Made by a program: the position numbers and the translations under genes. DNA of 64,000 nt from positions 13,394,001 through 13,458,000 of the forward strand of contig CM052817.1 in assembly GCA_028534125.1 (NCBI GenBank), in the 5' to 3' direction. Each line of letters starts with the position of its first letter. Position 1 is the first letter of the stretch. Origin of the DNA: Lama glama (Eukaryota). Below are positions 24,346-37,070 of this stretch, piece after piece. The notes beneath the pieces were generated by a model that did no database searches, was not told the DNA's origin, and saw only the letters and a program-made list of their open reading frames with translations.

Positions 24346-26474
24346 AGAGGAGAGGCTGTTATTCTACACAGGAGATCCTCGGAGCCTACTCCATCCTGCT
24401 TCAGAGGATGCCTCGTGCATGGATGTGCTTTCATTCAAGAATCATCCAAGGCAGAGGCAGCTTGTGACCTGTCTTATCACGAAATGTGTATTGAGGGAAT
24501 GAAGGAATGAGTTGATGCCTTTTAACATGATGTTACTGTTATTTTTCCTAAATTGCTTCTTTTAATCTCCAACTTGAGTTTTAAATTATGTTTAAAACTG
24601 AACATAAATGTCCCAGAAACTAAGCAACTAATAAATAATATAATAATAATTAAGCTCAAATATTACTTGTCCACACTTGGTAAGATTCTAGGATTAGCTA
24701 CTTTTTCAGCTTGTGTTCTACTGATGTGTGTGTGCGTGTGTTTGTACTTGTGCTCAATTCAACCTGATTCAAAAAATATTAATTAGGCACCCACTAAGTG
24801 CAAATCTCTGTGTCAGATGCTACATGGGACCTGAAAGAATTAAGCCAGTCCCTAAAGGACTCAGAATATTGATTTCTATGTGTGCCATCTGGCACTTATC
24901 ACTATTTTTAAAAGGTCTTTTCTTCGATTTATTGAAGTCCTTTGAATTCTATTCTCTGCTATTTTTAAGGATATTAACAATGCACATCTACCCCCAGTGT
25001 ACTTCAGCCTCCAGGTCCATTCTCTTTCATGAACAGAATAGAATAGATTTCCTCCCAGAAGTAACACTTTGGTGGTAACTGTCTAAAGAGAGAAATTAAC
25101 TCTTTCAGACCCCCAGGGCACCATTGCTAAATGTTCTGTTAAACTTCTCCCTAATTACTATCTGGAGAGAGACTTGGCATCTGGAGAACAGCACCCAAGA
25201 TGCATACACTTATTTCCTCCCTTGTGATCTCAAAGAGGGGCTTGAGTTCTTCACTGAGAAGAAAAGGAAGCCTCAGAGATGCTTATTCATAACTAAGAAC
25301 AGGATGGGACTGTGGGCGCAGGGGTTAGAGTCCCCAACATATTTTGAAAGTTTGGCTCCTCAGATAACCCGAGTTTGACTCCAGCACTGAAAGGATGCAG
25401 GGAGAAGGCTGGAGGCTGGGGGCTGCCCTGAGTAGGGCTACTATGCTAACTTGGGTGTTAAAAGTCATCTTCCTTGGCCAGCCTCCAAAAACACCAATAA
25501 ATACTTGAGATGCTGTTAAATGTAACCTCATATCTTGCCTATTTCCCTTTGGAGATGCTCTCTCTTGAACATTACTACTTTCTTCCCCTGTTGCGTCAAC
25601 GTGTTTTCAAGGCCCCCTAATAATACTTATTCAACATCTGTGATTTTTAACATTCCCTAGTCTAGGCTTTTGGGGGGTGGGGGGAGGCCTACACGGTCTT
25701 TGGATTGCTTCATTATTCATATTCGCCAAATCCTCACTACTGATCAAAGATCCTGATGTATTTTAAATTCAGAATTTTGCCTCTAAAATGGTTTTAACAA
25801 CTAGTAGTGTAATATTATTCGTGCCTCATGTGATTCCTAATCTGAGCTCTACTTTGCAATCAGACCATCGCTGCAAGACCATTAGAGGCCACCCTGAATG
25901 TTTTATACGGGCTAGACAAGTCTAGTGGTAAATATAATGCAAAGGGACAAGCTGTGATAAAATTTAAATACTGGGTCCCCAAGAAAATTTCTTACAGAGA
26001 TCTTTTTTCTTTACTTTGAGGCAAAATTCTCCAGCAGAAAGAATCTCTCTTGACATTTGCAAGCCCTACTAGTGTTCTTGGGTGCAAGAATGATGAAAAT
26101 GCAAACGGTCTATTATATGTGGTCAAAACCAATTTTTCAAAGCAGCTCAGCAGATGTATTATGTTATAGTCATTTCCCTCCACTTATTATTTGGTCAAAG
26201 ATAAGCACTCCCAGTCAATGCTGATTGCATTTAGCCTGACCAGATTTTTTCTGTCCACGTTTCAGTGCTGATCCTATTTCCTGCTTTTAACCATACAGAT
26301 ATGTGACAATAAGGAAAATAATTTTGCTAGCAATTGAATTACAAAATGTGTTTAGTTCTCCATTAATAAAACCTCTATCTTGTTCAACATCATCAGTAAA
26401 TAGCCTTTATATTTGTCCACTTTTCAATTTACCAGCTGACAATAGGAAACATTAACCGGGGTTGAAGGCTGCAA

Positions 26475-26477
<3 letters not shown>

Positions 26478-26511
<34 letters not shown>
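26478..26511. repeat. A34 homopolymer
   Basis: Visible run. Confidence 0.95.
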
Positions 26512-26514
<3 letters not shown>

Positions 26515-27142
26515 AGAAGAGAGAAAGCAAGCCAGAAATAGTTAGTCAGCGCCATCTAGTGTCTAAAACTTAAAATTTGGGCAGAGTTTTTGGATTTTCC
26601 TTTTCCACCAGCATATGAGAATAAGTTATTTTATCTAATGTATTAAATAATTTTGCTTATTTAAAAAACTTAATTAAAAGTTCTAATGACTAAGAAATAC
26701 ATTAAATTTAAATTCATTTTAACTCTGCTATTCATAGCTCAACTACAAATCAGGTAAGATTATGTACAGCAAACAGCAAACAGCAAAAGCAAGAATTAGC
26801 AATTACCTGGTAATCTTCCCAGTGAGGATAGCTAATCAAGAATGTTCCATCTTAACTGTATTTGACTTTAATTAGAAAATATACAGACATCCCTGATGAA
26901 GCTCACTCTGTCATTTGCCTTCATTCTGTTCTATGAACCTACTCAGATGTATTCCAGCACCAATCTCTTTCTTGAAACCAATGTAAGAGCCAAAGACCAA
27001 ATTCAGCCAGCTCCTCTCAACACACAACGAGTATTTTAGGGACTGTGGGGTTGAGAGTTAGAGGTTTAGATCACAGAGTAACCTTTTTACAGGCTGCTTT
27101 GTTGGACAACCAGAAATTACTCCTCAGCATGGAGAAATCTGG

Positions 27143-27552
27143 TATATTATTGTCCAAAGAAACAGAACCAGCAGGCTGTGTTAACAGATAGAAATATTCA
27201 TTTTAAGAAATTGGCTGATGCAGTCTTGGAGACTAGCAAGATTAAAATCTTCAGGGTGGACCAGCAGGCTGGAGACCAGGCGCGAGCCAAGTTGCAGTTC
27301 AAGTACAAAGAATGTTTCTACTGCAGAGTCTCCTTTTACTCAGGGGAGATAATCTTCTAGTCTACTTGGGCCTTCAACTGATTGGATGAGGCCCACCCAC
27401 ATTATGGAGAGCAATCTGCTTTACTCAAAGTCCACTAATATAAATGTTCATCTCATCCAAAATCACCCTTACAGAAATATCCAGAAGACTGTTTGACCAC
27501 ATATATAGGTATTGTGGCCCAGCCAAGTTGACAGATAAAATGAACCTTCACA
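27143..27552 (-). mobile_element. MLT2 LTR, probable 3' LTR of the ERV-L remnant
   Basis: ccttcaactgattggatgaggcccacccacattatggag...gcccagccaagttgaca..aaaatgaaccttcaca. Confidence 0.85.
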
Positions 27553-27939
27553 TCAGTTGAAGTGTGCAGAGGGAAAAATAAAGAATAATGGAGAATCTGG
27601 GGAAGTTTTAAAGCCTGCTTATCACCTACCTCAATAAAATCATTGCTTTAGGTCAGAGATTCTAAGCAGCATCTTTGTTTGCCACTGACACTTCCAGCAC
27701 AGTTGGATCTACTGGGTTAGGTGACCCCAGGGGCAGGATGGCCTGCAAATAGTTGTTCTCCATGCTTGTCCATCAGACCCACAAGAAGCAGTTTGCTCTG
27801 AGCTGGCCAGGCCAGCTATGCAGCTTCACTGTACATCAGGGACATATCAACTCTCTGGCCCTCTGGACCATTGCAGAGCCTCCTCTTGTTCTGGGCCCCA
27901 CTCAAAACTAGCAGCTTCTCAGTTCACTCAGCAAAGGCG

Positions 27940-29740
27940 TTAGAGTGACATACCAGATGAAAAATATGTTGTCTCCAAAATGTGCCTATTTTTTTGGTTG
28001 TAGGAGGTGTCAGATACAACTTAGCCTTCACCTTTGAAGGACTATTTCAACATGCCCCATGCTACTGGACCCCTAGAAATTTCACCAAGGTGCAGGCCCC
28101 TGAATTTTATTTAGGTTAATTTCCCATACTCTGACAAGCAAATGTCAACAATAAGTCTAAAGTAGTTGCTACTTTCTGTTCATTAGGTCCAATCAGCATA
28201 ATGTCGATGTAACAGACCAGGGTGATGTCCTGTGGGAGGGAAAGGTGATCAAGGTCCTTGTGGACTACACGATGACGAAGGGCTGGAGCATTGATATTTT
28301 AGCCTGGCCAGCTGAAAGCAGACTGCTCCTGGTGGGCCTGATGGATGGGAATGGGGAATGGGCATTTGCCAGGTCAATAGTTGCAAACCTGGGGATGTAT
28401 TTATTTCCTCAAGCAATGAAACTATTTCTGGTACAACAGCTGCCAGAGGAGTCGCCACCTAGCTCAGTATTTGATAATCCACTGTCTTTCTCTGAGGTCC
28501 ATCTGTTTTCCATAGGGGCCAAACAGGTGAACTGAATGAGGATACGGTGGGGACCATCACTGCTACATAATTTAAATCCTCCATGGGGCATTAATCTCTG
28601 CTAGTCCCCTGATTGTGTTTTACTATAGTCCTAGGTTTCCGAGGCTTTTCTAGTGGCTTCCCCTTGGCCTTTTCTACTGTAATAGCCCTCACTTCACAAG
28701 TCAGAAAACCAATGTGGAAATTCTGACAGTGTCTGAGTATGCCTGTTCCAATGGCACATTCCAGAATTGGAGAACTAATCGATGATGGTTTGGAAGACTC
28801 ACTGGGACCACTATGGGCAGATCTGAGCTAAAACTCCATGGATCACCTGACCTCTGTAAGCCCCTGCTCTGACTTGGTGGACCACAGTAACATTGGAATC
28901 TCCTGGAATCAATTCAATTGAGAGCCAACGTCTAGTAGTCTTTGAGAAGGATGATCGTTTCTTTTTCCCGTGAGGTCACCCTAGTAAAAGGCCATGGGTA
29001 TCTTTGGGAGAAGACTTGGAGAAAGATGAACAGTTTAGATTTTTTGCAAGTGTGGTGGGGTCTTTCCCCAAGAGGACTCATCCACCCTTTCATTCAAAGG
29101 GTTCTGGGTCTGTAAACTTCCTCAAGTTTGGAAATTGATTGAGGGGCTATTACTTGTTATTGGTGACTCATGAGGCTTCTGTTCAGTTGACCTATAAACA
29201 CTTCCTCCACTGATAGAGATGGTAAGAATTAAACCGCCCATCTATTTTCTGCCAGGAACACCATCATCAAGAGTGAATGCCATCACTCTCTGTGAGCCAG
29301 ACTACTCTCATTCCTGCCTTCACTCCACTGCCCATAAGGTAACCGCACCCTCCTTATCTCTCTTGATCCTAGTGCAGCCGCACCGTCTCTGCCACCCTGG
29401 GATCCATTTATCCCCACTGGATGTAGGAACCCAACGTTAGTGGTAGAAGCTTCCACTGTAATTTCTGACCTACAAAGAGTGGCCACACAGCTCTTCAAGG
29501 ATGCTGGGACCCCCCCTCACAAATATATTTCTCCCAGTCAAGGCGAAAATGCCTCGTGGCTTCCACCACCCTCCGGGTGGGTGAGTAGGTCTCACATGAT
29601 AAACCCACTGTAACATTCCAGCATCCCTAAGACTGTGGATCTCTTCCTCTACTGTATAATAAGGCAGTTCTGCCATTCCAACTGCATCTCCTGTGGGCCA
29701 CCTTTTGGTCCATGTTTCAACCAACCACACAATTTAGAGG
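27940..29740 (-). mobile_element. Decayed ERV-L internal region (gag-pro-RT remnants)
   Basis: gag-like WLVETWTKRWPT...LRDAGMLQW (29470-29730); protease-like LLDVGSQL (~28915-28940); RT-like TPLAAVVPEIVSLLEEINTSPG and [22 protein letters not shown] (~28150-28215); many frameshifts. Confidence 0.88.
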
Positions 29741-30641
29741 CCTTTCTAGATGCTCAGAGTCAAGAAATAACCCCACAGTTAAGTGAGCAATGTTTTTATT
29801 TTCTTTCCCAGTGAAACTATTAATTAGTTAATCCAACAATCATGTATCGGGTAATTAAATGTGTACTTTGAACATACAGTCTGCTTTTAGGAAGAAACAG
29901 CACACATTATTCTGTGCCTTCTGTGTGTTTTGTCTGGATCATAAGATTTTTATATCACATAATATTTTTACTCAAGATCTTGTTGTCTTTTGTGCATTTG
30001 TTTCATGATCTGAAATCTATTTCAATAAAAAGCTTACTTTTGAAAAGTTTAGAGTTCTTAATTATTATTTGCTGCTGTGATTTTAAATGTTATCACTCTG
30101 ATCCAAACCTACAATCATCTTTTATATTTACATTCTATTCACATCTTGTCTTTTTTGACAATTCTTTTTTAATATTTCCTTTGCCAAATTCAAGTCCCAG
30201 AGTCAGAATATAACTGTTAGTATGTCTTTTATACCTAAACTATTTTGGGGGTTTTCTTGACAGCTCTGGGAAATACCAAATATTTGCTCTCTCATGTTAG
30301 TAAGGAAGATACTAGGAAATAATTAGCATTTCTAGATTTAATTGGGTCAATACCACCATATAAAAAGAATTAAAATGAAAAGAGAGTCTCAACTCCTCCT
30401 GGGTTAATTATACACATGTAATTCCAAAATGTTGTCAATATAAATAAGTTTCAGCAACTGTATCACTCTCAGATGGCTTAGAAGCCAACTTAAATTTATG
30501 GCATACTTGTCAACAAATTGATTCGTTTTTTTCCAAAAGAAATATTTTGTTTCTAGGTTTGATATAACTTTTCAACAGAAGACAATCATAACACACATTA
30601 TAGGATGGATTAGAAGGACTCTGAGGACATTTCCATGCTCT

Positions 30642-31072
30642 TGTATTACTGTCATAACAAACCTGGTGGCTGAAAGCAGTATTGTCTCATGCCTCTGGAG
30701 GCGGGAGGTCTGAAGTCAAGGTGTGGGGCATCTTGGTTCTTTCTGAGGGCTGTGAGGGAGAATCCGTTCCATGCATCTCTCCTAGCTTCTAGTGGTTTGC
30801 TGGAAATCTTTGGTGTTCCTTGGCTTCTGCTGAATCATCCTCATCTCTGCCTTTATCTTCACATGTCTTCCCTGTGTGTCTGTGTCTACATTTCCCCCTT
30901 CATATAAGGACTCCGGACATACTGGATTAGGAGCTGACCTTACTCCAGTATGACCTCATCTTAAACGACTACATCTTCAACAACCCTATTTCTAAATAAT
31001 GTCACATTCTGAGGCCCTGGGGTTTAGTATTTCAACATATAAATCTGGGGGGATAAAGATCAACCCATGACA
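30642..31072 (-). mobile_element. MLT1C-like MaLR LTR
   Basis: tctgagggctgtgagggagaatccgttccatg...ccagtatgacctcatctta...gtcacattctgagg. Confidence 0.8.
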
Positions 31073-31225
31073 GCCTTCATGTTCATAATACGTTCTTACC
31101 CTGAGTGTAATCTTTGACTAAATCCTATAAAACTCTTATGCATTATATACCACAGTGGAGAATTCCATTCTCCTTCACTCTAATATTGTGGGATCTGGAA
31201 TACTTGAACAGGAAACACTCTTTAT

Positions 31226-31352
31226 TTTTTATCTATTTATTTTTAATTGAACTATAGTCAGTTACAATGTGTTAGTTTCTGGTGTACAGCATAATGTCCC
31301 AGTCATGCATATACACACATATATTCATTTTCATATTCTTTTCCATTAAAGG
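31226..31352 (-). mobile_element. 127-bp severely truncated L1 with perfect 16-bp TSD
   Basis: AGGAAACACTCTTTAT at 31210-31225 and 31353-31368; insert matches 7385-7500. Confidence 0.88.
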
Positions 31353-31411
31353 AGGAAACACTCTTTATCATCTAGAGGTAGTGTCTGCTTCTCCCTCAAG
31401 CATGCCCAGAT

Positions 31412-31594
31412 CAGCACTTCTTAAGCTGCAGAGTACATTTCCTCATCTGGGGAATCTTGGTAAAAGGCAGCGTCTGACAGCAGACCTGAGGTGGAGCCTA
31501 AGAGCCTGTTTTTCTAACAAGCTCCTAGATGATGAGGAGGAGGATGTCGATGACAATGGTGATCTGAGACTCACACCATGGACATAAAGCAAGG
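31412..31594. mobile_element. MER5A-like DNA transposon
   Basis: catctggggaatcttggtaaaaggcag...tttctaacaagctcc.agatgatg. Confidence 0.7.
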
Positions 31595-33094
31595 ACATAA
31601 AGGTGACTCCACAAGCCGTGGGTCAGAAATTAAGTCACCTGGGGAAATTTTCAAGAAAAAGCAAATAAATAGACAAACAAACCAGTTGCCTCGGCAGGAG
31701 ACGGTACCAGGTAGTCTTAACTATTGACGTCGTAGGGAATGGACTCATGTGGACAGGTGTTTCATTGTAACCCCACGTCGTCGCCACAGACACCTGTCAG
31801 AGGGCACAGGGAGACAAAGTCACGTCTTTCCATTTCTTTCAGCCCTGTTGCAAATGACTTTGTGAAAGAAGACTCATTCACTCAAGATCAGCAGAACAAA
31901 AATCAATTACCTAGGACTTAATGAGTTGATTTAATTGTGGTTAATAGCTATGAGAAACCTATTTCGTTCTTTCTCTAACCCTCAACTTAACAGGCTATAT
32001 TTGGACTGAGTGGGATGAAAAATTCTTTAAATGGTATGTTATTCTGACTGACACTGCAGAGTAAAAAATACCCCATAAAAGATCCTAAAATAGGTTATAA
32101 ACTAATATAATAAAAATGATTCTGTAAAAATAATATTTTCTGCTGCTCCATGCCACTTGAAGTTTCAAAAACCAAGTTCAAGGATTAGTCATTATTTGGA
32201 AGATTTGGAAGAATAAGCCATAATTCAGAGTCAAGGTCCAAATGTGAGTGCAAAGACACAGTGTCTTTGGATTCCTATTTTGCTTGTGAACATTTCTTAA
32301 TTATATGTATTTAATCACCAAGCATTTTTAAGAAAATATCAGAAGTATTATCGTTGGCTGGGAGTAATTACTTTAAGAAAATCTATTCCTTTTTGTACAA
32401 ATTACAGACCAACTGATCATTCCCAATCATTATCTGCCCTCCCCACCATACAGGTCCCACCATACCGGTCTCAGGGCAATGTCACAGCCCTAACAAGGGT
32501 CTGGATACTTCTGAACCTTGCAGGGTGCAGGACCAGGAGAAACGGCCAGACAGTGTGTCTAGGCAAGACTCAAAGGCAATCTCACAGATTCCCATGATCT
32601 CCACGGCTTGGAACCCAACAGGTGGATTTCACTTCGGCTGGGAAGAATAGAATATTTCCCGGTACTTAGGAGGAGAGAAGAATTAGCTCTGAATGAGGAC
32701 CTGGAATGAAAGATACGCACGAGGTACCCACGTGGAGAAAAGAGAAAGTCCAGATGAGGACTAGGTGGCTCGCCCCGCCAGGCTTCGCTGCTCCCTCACC
32801 CACACACGCCCAAGGAGAAGATGACTGACTGTCTCTTCCACTGCCAGAAGGGAAATTTGTAAAAGAAGTTAAATTCAACTTTGAATCATAAAGGAAGTTG
32901 TTCCTAGCTCTGATTCTACAGTCAGAGACTCCTAATCAATTATTTAGCTCTCCCTTTTTGTTTTGCGCTGATCTTCCAACATCTAATTGTATGGTCTACA
33001 CACAGTATGTTCTCTATAACTCTTAGAAACTACCCACTTATTAACTTGGTTCTGTGTTTGTACAACTATCTGAGGCCATAGCTCTCCCTTCGCA

Positions 33095-33423
33095 CTCTCC
33101 GGGATGGTTGCCCCAAGCCACATGTGGCCACTGAGGACGAAATGTGGCTAGTCTGAATTGAGAGGTGCTATAAATGCTAAAATTGCACCAGAATTTGAAG
33201 CATTTAGCATAACAAGAATGTAAATGATCACACTGATATTTGTTATAATCATTGCCCACTGATAATATTTTTGACATACTTGAACATTTTAATTTTTATA
33301 TAAATAAAAAGACATTACTAAATTTAATTTTACTTGCTTACTTTTATTTTTTTTTAAATGTGCCTGCTAGGAAATTTACAATTTCCTATGTGACTCACAT
33401 TATATTTTTATTGGATGACACTG
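33095..33423. mobile_element. MER33-like hAT-Charlie element
   Basis: agccacatgtggc...aaatgtggctagtctgaattgaga...tatgtgactcacattatattt.tattgga. Confidence 0.75.
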
Positions 33424-34399
33424 CTCACTCATGTCAATCTCCTTTTCTTTCACCTGAAGATATATTACTGCTTAATATTTTCCACGTGGAAAAAAATTTT
33501 TAATTAAAAGTTAATTTTTTAAATACGGACACTCAATGATTAGATAATGATGAAGTCTAACATTTCATGACAGGGTACACTGCAAATTACATACAAAATC
33601 TCTTACGTCTTACTTCCTGATGGTTGGGAATGCTCAGCTGGTCAGTAATTTGTACAAAGAGGAACAGATTTTCTTTTAAGTAATTAAGGGCAAGCCAATC
33701 ATGCCTCTGATATTTTCTTTAAAATGCTTGGTGACTAAACACATATAATTAAGAGACTTTCTCAGGTGACATAGGAATCCAAACAGTGAGGAAAAAAAGA
33801 TTCTGACTTTTCACCTTTGACGAGATTTATTAGCTAAGTCATAATCTTACCTAATGCATTAAAATAGGATAATTTGGCAAGGCATTCTTTACAAAAGGAC
33901 AATTTATTCAAGTATTGGGGACGTAAAGGGACAGTGCATTCATCAAGCACCGGTAGCACCTGAGATTTTTTTTCACCTTTAGTCCTGTGTTGGCCATGTA
34001 GAAAGGAACTGTAGCCTTCATTTAGGGGTCCAGCTGGTTGTAGAGAGTCTCCTAGGGGTGGAAGCAGGAGAATGAATGCTCTGATTTCATTCCCTGTCCT
34101 CCAGTTTCCTGCTGGGGTTCTCCGCTGGCCAAACCCAAATGTAACCCAGAGGGCATGGGGGCTGTGATGATGCCAGTCCACACTGATCAGCTTCCCAGAG
34201 TATATAGTGGAGATAGGTGGAGAGGACATCTGTAGGGACCTATGGGAGATACACAGCATCGTCTGTCTTTTTAGATCATTTGTCATATTGCTAGGAACAT
34301 TGGTCATCCTTGCTCCCCTCCTCCCTCTCTTTCCAAATAAAGAAACTTTTAAAATTAAACCTTGAAACCAGAACAGGATTAGGAAACAAAAATTCACTC

Positions 34400-35474
34400 A
34401 CAATCAGCTCTCCGTTTCTCACACACTGCATGCTGTCCCTGTAAAAGGGAGCAGGACCCTGTCCACCCCACCCCACCTCCGCACCCCCAACTCCTGCCTC
34501 TCTTTTATAGGAAAGCTGAAGTCTCCCAGGCCTCCCTGAGTCATAGAAGAGCAGGCTCAAGCAGCTGATTAGGGCAAGCCTGCAGGAATTGGGTGATGGC
34601 CACGACTCTGACCACCTATCTCCACAATTAACTGAGATTACTCCCTCATTGCCCTTTAGAACTTTCAAGACTGAACAGAAATTTTGGAGCTTTTTTGGAG
34701 GTGACATGCTGGGTCCACCAGATTGCAGCCATTCTGGTTAAAAGCAACTTTCCTTCTTGTTACCAAGGCTTTTGCCCCCAGGATCATACCCTTGTCCCTC
34801 CCTGTACTAGAAACCTATTACTCTTGTCTAAGTCTCAGAAGGTATCTGCAGAGAAGAAACAAGAACTGGTTAGAACCTGATGGAGTCAAAGATAGTGAAG
34901 GATCTGACTTCAGCTCTGGATCTTGGGTCTCATTTTATCCTCAATGTAATATATTAGCTGCTAAATGACACAGCCACCAGTTCCGTGACAGCTGACGATT
35001 GCCATGACAGCAACTGGAAAAGCCCATACAAGGACTGAAAAACTCCAGCAAGGACTGATTGGCTCCATTACACCAGGAACAGGAACTTTACTGGTGCTCT
35101 TAAGTCTTACAAGATCCGTGTGTGCCGCTTTTGGCAGAAAAGCGCTCTCTGCCTTTGTAAAGAGAGAGCTCTCCACAGGTGGCCCCTTTTGTCTTGTCAC
35201 TAACCTTGTCACTGCATGCAGTGGGGGATGGCAATGACTCTGACTCTCTATCTCAAAGATTAACTGAGATTATTTCCCTCTTTCCCTTAAAAAACTTTCA
35301 TAGCTGAGCAGAATCTTCAGAGATGGTTTTTGGGGGACACCAAGTCCTTCATCTCCCCAGATTGCCAGCATTCTGATTAAAAGCAACTTTACTTTCTACC
35401 AACGTTTGCCGCCCCCCACCCAACTCCGGTGTTGATTTTTGAAAGGCGAGCAGCCAGAACTGAGTTTGGTAACA
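34400..35474 (+). mobile_element. Two adjacent related ERV1-type LTRs
   Basis: 34590-34768 and 35224-35404 are homologous (attaactgagatta...ccagattgc...ttaaaagcaacttt); the second ends ggtaaca. Confidence 0.6.
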
Positions 35475-36519
35475 ACCTTATTATGATGAGGAAATCAAGG
35501 CTGAAAAGGGTTAAAATGACTTGCACAAGACCTCACAGCTGATAAACGAAGGAGCTGGGTTTCCAACCTACACAGCTTAACTTCAGAACATGTGCACTTC
35601 ACGTCTCTGCAATACTGAACACAGATGATTCTTATCCTCCAGGCAGAGGGGATAAAAGTTCGAGTTAGGTTCTGTTAAGTCTGCCACTGGAGATGCCATG
35701 AGTGAGAAAGGGGGCAAGGTGATATAGTAAGTCTTGAAGAATCTGGAGAAGAGAGCTTATACGGTGAAAATAGGAAAGAAATAGGATTTTCTCTCTCTCT
35801 TTTTAAACATTACTTAATTTCAGTCTAGTGGAGAAGAATTTTAAAAGTTAAAATAGACTTGTACGCCTGGTTCACAGAACATTAGAGAAATTAGATATAC
35901 ATATTTAAAGAGGATTTCCTGAATATCCAGTGTATTGTGCTGGCAGCTAGAGAAACAAAAAGGGAAAAGGTATATTCCTTGTCCTGAAGAAATTCACAGT
36001 TTAGTGAAGATGCTTTTGGAGCAGCAATTCAGGTAGGAAGACAGGAGCCACGAGGCCAGGGATGGATCACACGGTCGGCTGTATTCAGACTTCCAACTGT
36101 ATGTAGTTAGCTATTACCTGAGCAAAAAGTGAAGACCATGGCTTACAGGAGAGGGCGCTAGAAAGGAATGCAGCGGACAGGCCTGAAAGGGCTTGGGTTT
36201 TTCACTATGACAACCCAAACTGCTTTGGTGGCATCGCGAGGAGACAGGCATTTTCCCGCAGCATCTGTTTTATTATTAAAACAATCTGGCGTAGAAAAAC
36301 ACACGTTTTCAAATTAAAATACGGATGTATTTTGTAGCTGACTGCAACAGCCTATGAATTAGTAAAACAAGAAACGAAATTCCACAGCTAGGCAGGAAGA
36401 CGGCTCTGGTCCTCTCTGCAGAAGACTTTGGGGAGGGACTTCGTGGTCTTCAGCCCTCAGAGGATTTAGGGCAAGATACTCGGAGACCACTGAGTTATGG
36501 TCAGTGTGCAAGGGAACTG

Positions 36520-37070
36520 TTAAGATTTAAGCACGCGGACTGGGAAGAGGCTGCGGCGCAGGTACTCCGAGCCTGTGCTCTCTGCCCCTCAGCCCTCTCT
36601 TTCTGAAAAGACCCTCCACCAACTGCCCCTTTGTCACCGGAGAAAGCGCTTCTAAAGCTCTCCGGCTGCCCTTTTAACACCTGGCGCCTCGTTGCCAGGG
36701 CAACGCTTCTCCGCGGGGCGCGCATGAGACGTCCCTGCTATTGGCTTAGAGGACGCAGCGTGCGTCTGACGTCACCGGCGGCGCCGCCAGATCCGGGGGC
36801 CCTGTGAAGCCTCACGTTCCGAGTTCCCCGGAGGCCGGTGGCGGGACCGGTGGCTGTTGGCCGAGAGTGTACCGGGCAAAATCCCCACGTGGGGTGGCGG
36901 CTGGTGCGCGGATCCCGGCGGGAGAGAAGCGGTAGGAACGGGTCTCTGGAGCCGTGAGCCGCGCGCAGGTGCGGGGAGCCGCGGTGCCCCCCGCACTCTC
37001 GGCGCAGGCGGCTTCCTCGCTGGCCTGTTGCTAGGGCCGGCGGACCCCGTTGCTAAGGAGCTTGGAGATG
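36520..37070 (+). promoter_or_regulatory. PACRGL: CpG-island promoter and non-coding first exon of PACRGL
   Basis: Densest CpG/GC-rich stretch of the window. X-box GTTGCCAGGGCAAC 36691-36704, inverted CCAAT (ATTGG) 36740-36744, CRE TGACGTCA 36767-36774. Candidate donors GCG|gtagga (exon end 36931) and CAG|gtgcgg (exon end 36968). Confidence 0.85.

Noticed and set aside
26478..26511. A34 as the tail of a retrocopy
   Set aside because: No TSD or recognisable retroposed body next to it
33834..34397. Longest ORF in the track (187 aa, minus strand)
   Set aside because: Non-ATG start, overlaps old LTR-like sequence, no recognisable domain
1..36000. SLIT2 exons or another protein-coding gene in the upstream half
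   Set aside because: No spliceable frame with recognisable protein motifs found; only transposon-derived peptides
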